NCBI GenBank assembly: GCA_050633245.1
Contig: JBOEGD010000046.1
Location: 1 to 22,757, forward strand
DNA length: 22,757 nt
Reading direction: 5' to 3'
From: Calditrichia bacterium
Lineage (GTDB): Bacteria; Calditrichota; Calditrichia; RBG-13-44-9; J075
The translations under genes and the position numbers were made by a program. Positions within the stretch are counted from its first letter, which is position 1. Every line of letters starts with the position of its first letter. The notes beneath the pieces were generated by a model, which ran no database searches, was not told where the DNA came from, and saw only the letters and a program-made list of their open reading frames with translations. Shown in pieces: positions 17,807-22,757 of this stretch.

Positions 17807-18283
17807 ATGAAAAGAAGTACTTTGTTCTCATTATTAATTTTGTGTCTGATGACTGTGATGGTTGCGGGACAGGATAATCGTGATATTAACCCGGCTCAGT
17901 ATACCGATCAACCAGCGCAGTATATCTTAGGAAATAACGATGTTCTTTTAATTAGCGTGAATTTGTGGGGTCATGTTTTGAAGCCGGGGATTTACAGCGT
18001 TCCAAGCTCCTTTGGAATCGTTGACTTGCTTTCCTCCGCAGGAGGCCCCCTTAAGTCTGCCCGTCTTAACGACGTGCGGATCATTCGAAAAAATCAGGAA
18101 GTAATTACCGTGAACATTGAAGAATTCATCAAGACAGGCAATCAATCGCTGCTTGTGAACCTTCAGCCGGGAGATGTAATAGTAGTATCCGGCAGTATCT
18201 CCGACATTTTTGGTCGTATCGTAGGATTTATGCGTGATATGGCAATTATCGTAAATGTGATACTGTTGGCTTCGCGACTCTAG
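17807..18283 (+). CDS. Exported SLBB-domain protein (minimal Wza/OPX-like polysaccharide export family)
   Basis: Signal peptide. YILGNNDVLLISVNLWGHVLKPGIY...LLSSAGG...VRIIR...LQPGDVIVV matches the SLBB/OPX pattern, with a hydrophobic/amphipathic C-terminal helix. ATG 17807 is chosen over TTG 17804. Confidence 0.75.
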   Translation: MKRSTLFSLLILCLMTVMVAGQDNRDINPAQYTDQPAQYILGNNDVLLISVNLWGHVLKPGIYSVPSSFGIVDLLSSAGGPLKSARLNDVRIIRKNQEVITVNIEEFIKTGNQSLLVNLQPGDVIVVSGSISDIFGRIVGFMRDMAIIVNVILLASRL

Positions 18284-18374
18284 AACTTGTGTAAATTAAA
18301 ACGAAAAAACGAATAAAACGTGGACTAAATGAACCAGTTTTTTCTAAATCGCTTAAACATGCGGGAGGTCACCC

Positions 18375-19535
18375 ATGTCTAAAGGTTTCAATGCAGTACT
18401 GATGTTTTTTATCATGCTGCCGTGCTTGCTGTTCGGCTCTGGCTATGGAAGTAAGAGCCTGCTCTATGTCCAAACAGCCTCCACTCTTAAGCCCCAGCGT
18501 CTTGATCTGGGAACAAATATGCGCTTCTTTACCAAAGTTGGAGACTTTCTTGGTGGTCAAAAGCCAGCGAACTTCGCCCAGGTCAATTACTGGGATGTTC
18601 AGGGAAATGTCGGATTCAGCTATGGGTTGATAGAGCATTTTGATATCTCAGCTCTCCTAAGAATTTATCAGGACGTGCATTATCAGGGCCCTAATTTTGT
18701 CAACAATCGTGAATATAATTTCCCCGATGATCTTTGGCTCAGTCTGAAGGCTGGCTCATTCGGTTCCGGGAAAATGCAGTTTGGTGTGATGGCTCAAACC
18801 CGTCTGCCGCTCGGTGATGTTCACAACTACGCTTTTGAGCAGTATTCTGCTGGCGGTGTTGAATTGGTATTCCGCGGGTTGTTCTCGTATTATAACGATC
18901 CGTTTATCAATGAGCGTGATTTTAGTCTGCACGCAAATGTTGGATTCCATTACTATAACGATACTGGTAAAGAAATCTATAACGACATCACTTTGGCAAA
19001 CGCAGTAACTGCTCCAAGCAATTCCGGCTCGATCGAATACGGTGCGGCATTTACATATCCCACTGAATTGTTCGACCTGAATCTGGAGCTCTGGGGTAAT
19101 ACGTTTACCTCTGAACCGGATACGTTTGCTTTCAGTCGTGAGAGCTGGCTATATATTACGCCGTCTATCTCGTACAAGCCGAAGTGGCGATACAGCTTCG
19201 ATCTTGGAATGGACATTCGCCTGTCTTCCGATGAAGACACATCCACTCCATTAGCATCATTTGATGGTCGTGATCTGGATCTTCCGAACTATCCCAGCTG
19301 GAAGATGACGCTCGGATTGAACGTTATTCTGAACTCCGGAAAAGATAAGTTCCGTGGTGGATTCGATTCCAAGGGCAACGTTAAGGAGAAAGTCGACTTC
19401 TACGAACGTTTGTTACAGGAACGCGAGAAGACACGCTCTATCGAAGAAGAGTTGCGCAGATTGAAGCGCGAGCGTGAGCAAGCAGAGAAAGAGCTTGAAG
19501 AACTTAGGCAGCTGCTTGAAGAAGAAGGTCGCTAG
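18375..19535 (+). CDS. Putative outer-membrane beta-barrel protein with a C-terminal coiled coil
   Basis: SD GGAGG, signal peptide, many aromatic/Gly-rich amphipathic strands, and a highly charged helical tail (ERLLQEREKTRSIEEELRRLKREREQAEKELEELRQLLEEE). Confidence 0.7.
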   Translation: MSKGFNAVLMFFIMLPCLLFGSGYGSKSLLYVQTASTLKPQRLDLGTNMRFFTKVGDFLGGQKPANFAQVNYWDVQGNVGFSYGLIEHFDISALLRIYQDVHYQGPNFVNNREYNFPDDLWLSLKAGSFGSGKMQFGVMAQTRLPLGDVHNYAFEQYSAGGVELVFRGLFSYYNDPFINERDFSLHANVGFHYYNDTGKEIYNDITLANAVTAPSNSGSIEYGAAFTYPTELFDLNLELWGNTFTSEPDTFAFSRESWLYITPSISYKPKWRYSFDLGMDIRLSSDEDTSTPLASFDGRDLDLPNYPSWKMTLGLNVILNSGKDKFRGGFDSKGNVKEKVDFYERLLQEREKTRSIEEELRRLKREREQAEKELEELRQLLEEEGR

Positions 19536-19555
19536 TATCTGACTCCCGCAAGTTT

Positions 19556-19587
19556 AAAATCCCCCGGATTCCGGGGGATTTTTTTTT
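19556..19587 (+). terminator. Rho-independent terminator
   Basis: AAAATCCCCCGGA-T-TCCGGGGGATTTT inverted repeat running into T9. Confidence 0.88.
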
Positions 19588-19636
19588 CTGCATGACAACC
19601 GTATATTAAACAACACTATTTTTGTGGAGGTATGCG

Positions 19637-20032
19637 TTGTCCCTGACTGAAAAAGAAATTATCAGCTTGCTGAAGCAAACTCAAAAAGAAGCACTTGCAC
19701 TGTATTCCAACTTTCGGGTAGCAGCTGTTCTGCTTACTGCGGATGAAGACGTGTTTACCGGAATAAATATTGAAAGTAGTTCTTACGGACTCACGATCTG
19801 CGCCGAACGTGTGGCAATGTTCAAGGCTTTGAGCGAAGGAGAAAGAGACTTTCGCAAGATCTATATTCTGGCAGATATGAAGACGCCCTGTCCGCCCTGC
19901 GGAGCCTGTCGACAAATTCTGATGGACTTTGCACCCGATATTGAAGTGGTGATGGTTGCAGCCAATGACAGTATTCTGCGGATGACATTAAAAGAACTTC
20001 TCCCCCATGCCTTCGACGGTTCTCAACTCTGA
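19637..20032 (+). CDS. cdd: Cytidine deaminase (homotetrameric type)
   Basis: YSNFRVAA, GINIESSSYGLTICAER and PCGACRQ zinc motifs. TTG 19637 is chosen because GGAGG (19626-19630) lies 6 nt upstream. Confidence 0.93.
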   Translation: MSLTEKEIISLLKQTQKEALALYSNFRVAAVLLTADEDVFTGINIESSSYGLTICAERVAMFKALSEGERDFRKIYILADMKTPCPPCGACRQILMDFAPDIEVVMVAANDSILRMTLKELLPHAFDGSQL

Positions 20033-20148
20033 ACCTCCTAAAAAACGACCTATATTTTTTTTCGCTGGAATGCTGCTTTGCTATATGTTTTATTTAGCAG
20101 ATAGTTTGAATTTTCGCCTCTGTTTATACACGACTGAATGAGAATGAT

Positions 20149-21660
20149 ATGGCAAAAAAAGCAAAAACCGCAATTAATCCTACCCGTGAAGTAAACTATG
20201 CCGAATGGTATCAGCAGGTTGTAAAAGCCGCTGACCTTGCCGAGAATTCGCCGGTGCGCGGATGCATGGTTATCAAACCCTGGGGATATAGCCTTTGGGA
20301 AAATATGCAGCAAGTGCTGGATAAGATGTTTAAAGATACCGGCCATAAAAATGCCTACTTCCCACTGTTTATTCCGAAGTCATTCCTCGAAAAGGAAGCC
20401 GAACATGTTGAGGGCTTCGCCAAGGAGTGTGCAGTGGTTACCCATCATCGCCTTGAAGACGATGGCAATGGTGGACTTAAGCCAGCCGGTCCGTTGGAGG
20501 AACCACTCATTATACGGCCGACATCCGAAACCATTATTGGAGAGATGTTTGCCAAATGGATCCAGTCCTACCGCGATTTGCCGCTGTTGATTAATCAATG
20601 GGCAAATGTTGTACGTTGGGAGTTGCGCACACGCCTGTTTTTGCGCACTGCGGAATTCCTCTGGCAGGAAGGGCATACTGCACATGCATCAGCTGAAGAA
20701 GCGGAAGCAGAAACCCGACTGATGCTGGATACGTACGCGACATTTGCAGAAGACTATATGGCTCTTCCGGTAATTAAAGGCGAAAAAACCGCTGGAGAGC
20801 GCTTTCCGGGAGCCGTGCGCACCTACTGTATTGAAGGAATGATGCAGGACGGAAAAGCACTCCAAGCCGGTACGTCGCATTTCCTCGGACAAAACTTTGC
20901 GAAAGCTTCCAATATTAAGTTCTTGAATAAAACCGGCGAAGAGGAATTTGCCTATACCACCTCGTGGGGAGTTTCAACTCGCCTGATCGGCGCACTTGTA
21001 ATGGCCCATAGTGATGATGACGGAATGGTAATTCCGCCGAAACTCGCACCGGCTCATGTCGTTATTTTGCCGATTATACACGATGAAGAACAGCGCGATT
21101 CTATTCTCGATTATTGCGATATCCTTGCTAAAGATCTTAAGCAGCTTAGCTATGCCGGGCGTAACCTGGAAATCGAAGTTGATTATCGCGAAGGACGTGG
21201 CGGTCAAAAATTCTGGTCGTGGGTTAAAAAAGGCGTTCCGGTTCGCATCGAGGTAGGACAGCGTGAAATTGACGCCGGAATGCTTGCAGTTGGTAGACGC
21301 GATAAGGAACATCGAGAGCGTAATAATATTTCGCGTGAAGATTTACTAAGCTCAATTGTAGAAACGCTCGATGATATGCAGGAAGCGATTCGTGTAAAAG
21401 CACAGAACTTTCGTGATGAACGCATCGTAAAAATAGATGATCGTAAGGAATTTTATACGTACTTTAAATCTAAGTCTGAACGCCCGCCCGGATTTGCTTT
21501 AAGCCACTGGGACGGTACAGAAGAGACAGAAGAAAAGATAAAAGCAGATCTTGGAGTTACTATTCGCTGTATTCCCTGGACAGATAGCCCGGAGGAAGGA
21601 ACATGCGTAATTACCGGAAAGCCCAGTAAACAACGCGTAATTTTTGCGAAAGCATATTGA
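20149..21660 (+). CDS. proS: Proline--tRNA ligase, archaeal/eukaryotic type
   Basis: KEAEHVEGFAKE, IRPTSET, FLRTAEFLWQEGHT, ALQAGTSHFLGQNF, TSWGVSTRLIG and C-terminal FAKAY. No INS editing domain. Confidence 0.97.
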   Translation: MAKKAKTAINPTREVNYAEWYQQVVKAADLAENSPVRGCMVIKPWGYSLWENMQQVLDKMFKDTGHKNAYFPLFIPKSFLEKEAEHVEGFAKECAVVTHHRLEDDGNGGLKPAGPLEEPLIIRPTSETIIGEMFAKWIQSYRDLPLLINQWANVVRWELRTRLFLRTAEFLWQEGHTAHASAEEAEAETRLMLDTYATFAEDYMALPVIKGEKTAGERFPGAVRTYCIEGMMQDGKALQAGTSHFLGQNFAKASNIKFLNKTGEEEFAYTTSWGVSTRLIGALVMAHSDDDGMVIPPKLAPAHVVILPIIHDEEQRDSILDYCDILAKDLKQLSYAGRNLEIEVDYREGRGGQKFWSWVKKGVPVRIEVGQREIDAGMLAVGRRDKEHRERNNISREDLLSSIVETLDDMQEAIRVKAQNFRDERIVKIDDRKEFYTYFKSKSERPPGFALSHWDGTEETEEKIKADLGVTIRCIPWTDSPEEGTCVITGKPSKQRVIFAKAY

Positions 21661-21704
21661 TATTGTACCAAAGAGTCGCCCAAAATAATAGATTGGATTC
21701 GTGA

Positions 21705-22406
21705 ATGTATAGTAGTTCGCCCGGAATGAATATTACCCCGGCAATAAAAAATATTATCCTGACATGTGTTGCGGTATTCTTTTTTCAGTCAACGCTTGCA
21801 AGTTCTTTGAATGAAACGCTCAGCTTTCTGATGCCGGAGAACTCGGCATGGTATTATGGAAATGTCTTTGAGATGATCTTTGGTGTGTTGCCAAACTTGT
21901 TTATGAATAGCTTTTTCGTGTGGCAACCTTTCACCTACATGTGGCTGCACGGTGATTTTTGGCATATCTTCTTCAATCTGATTATTGTCTGGATGTTTGG
22001 TAGTGAGCTGGAGCGTCAGTGGGGGACGCGTGAATTTTGGAGATATTACCTTTTTACGGGAATAGCTGCCGGTGTAACAATTCTGGTGTGGAATGGTTTT
22101 TTTGCTCCAAATATACCAACGATTGGCGCGTCGGGTGCGGTATTCGGATTGCTTGCAGCCTATGCACTTTTTTATCCGGACAATTACATCTATTTTTGGT
22201 TCTTTCTACCAATCAAAACTAAATACTTCGTCGCACTGATTGCCGTATTTGAGTTTTTCTCTATTTCTGCAGCAGATGGTGTATCACATATTGGGCATAT
22301 TGGTGGACTCATTGCCGGCTATTTTTACATTCGCCATAAGTATAAACGCGAAGGTATTGGCCGAACCTTCTTTCAGGATTTCTTTAAAAAAAAAGGCCAT
22401 TTTTAG
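21705..22406 (+). CDS. Rhomboid family intramembrane serine protease (zero-frame product, 233 aa)
   Basis: WQPFTYMWLHGDFWHIFFN, catalytic GASG, C-terminal HIGHIGG (catalytic His), multiple TM helices. Confidence 0.93.
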   Translation: MYSSSPGMNITPAIKNIILTCVAVFFFQSTLASSLNETLSFLMPENSAWYYGNVFEMIFGVLPNLFMNSFFVWQPFTYMWLHGDFWHIFFNLIIVWMFGSELERQWGTREFWRYYLFTGIAAGVTILVWNGFFAPNIPTIGASGAVFGLLAAYALFYPDNYIYFWFFLPIKTKYFVALIAVFEFFSISAADGVSHIGHIGGLIAGYFYIRHKYKREGIGRTFFQDFFKKKGHF

Positions 22407-22681
22407 GCTCCAAACCTCCTTCCTCTTCGCCATTTAGTAAATTTGAGCTGCCGAAGCTGGGTCGCTCAGACAAATCCAAGAAGTCCAAAGAAATATCATT
22501 AGACGATCTCCTTGATAAAATTAGCAAGAAGGGGATGGGGTCGTTGACTGCTGAAGAGCGTGACATATTGAAAAAGGAAGCGGATAAACTGAACGGAAAT
22601 CGACCAGATTATCGGATATCCGATAGCGATGACCCGGAGGGGGAAGATGGTGGAATGGAAGAACCGAGGGATAAGAACTAG
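22388..22681 (+). other. -1 frame continuation of the rhomboid gene encoding a DUF6576-like soluble C-terminal domain
   Basis: Open frame from just after TAA 22385-22387 to TAG 22679-22681: KKRPFLGSKPPSSSPFSKFELPKLGRSDKSKKSKEISLDDLLDKISKKGMGSLTAEERDILKKEADKLNGNRPDYRISDSDDPEGEDGGMEEPRDKN. The LDKISxxGxxSLTxEE motif typifies rhomboid C-terminal tails. No ATG/GTG/TTG precedes the motif. Confidence 0.8.
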
Positions 22682-22712
22682 AGAAGCGAAACCAGATTAC
22701 TGCCACATTTTG

Positions 22713-22757
22713 ATATAAAAAAAGCCTCCGGGAATTTCCCGGAGGCTTTTTTTATAT
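22713..22757. terminator. Bidirectional Rho-independent terminator
   Basis: Perfect 22-bp inverted repeat ATATAAAAAAAGCCTCCGGGAA-T-TTCCCGGAGGCTTTTTTTATAT with A7/T7 flanks. Confidence 0.88.

Noticed and set aside
19622-19636. TTG start at 19622 for cdd
   Set aside because: It would translate through the GGAGG SD; TTG 19637 has proper spacing.
22413-22423. Anti-SD-like ACCTCCTT downstream of the A9 tract
   Set aside because: Explained by Lys-Pro-Pro-Ser codons in the -1 frame. I could not establish a convincing frameshift-stimulating structure by eye.
1-22757. CRISPR arrays, IS elements, prophage or defence genes
   Set aside because: No regularly spaced repeats or mobile/defence protein motifs were seen.

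Overview
This is a gene-dense, entirely + strand chromosomal window from a diderm bacterium. Gene content (archaeal/eukaryotic-type ProRS, folP-cdaA, T9SS-type CTD and PorV-like genes, strong GGAGG SD sites) suggests an FCB-superphylum relative such as Calditrichota; this is inference only. Order: 3' part of tRNA-fMet, a secreted fungal-type GH16 glucanase, tRNA-Met(CAT), tilS-hpt-ftsH, a divergent folE, a membrane TPR protein, folP, cdaA, a 1706-aa PorU/gingipain-like C25 peptidase with a T9SS-type CTD, a PorV-like barrel, an Fn3 lipoprotein with an apparent ATA start, an SLBB (mini-Wza-like) protein, a beta-barrel with a coiled-coil tail, cdd, proS and a rhomboid protease. The most notable signals are: (1) the rhomboid C-terminal domain lies in the -1 frame behind an A9 tract (recoding, phase variation or assembly error); (2) a porU-porV-lipoprotein module apparently outside Bacteroidota; (3) a FolE lacking conserved catalytic residues; (4) a fungal-like GH16 between two tRNAs; (5) a structured leader before the SLBB/barrel pair. 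No integrase, IS or CRISPR array was seen.
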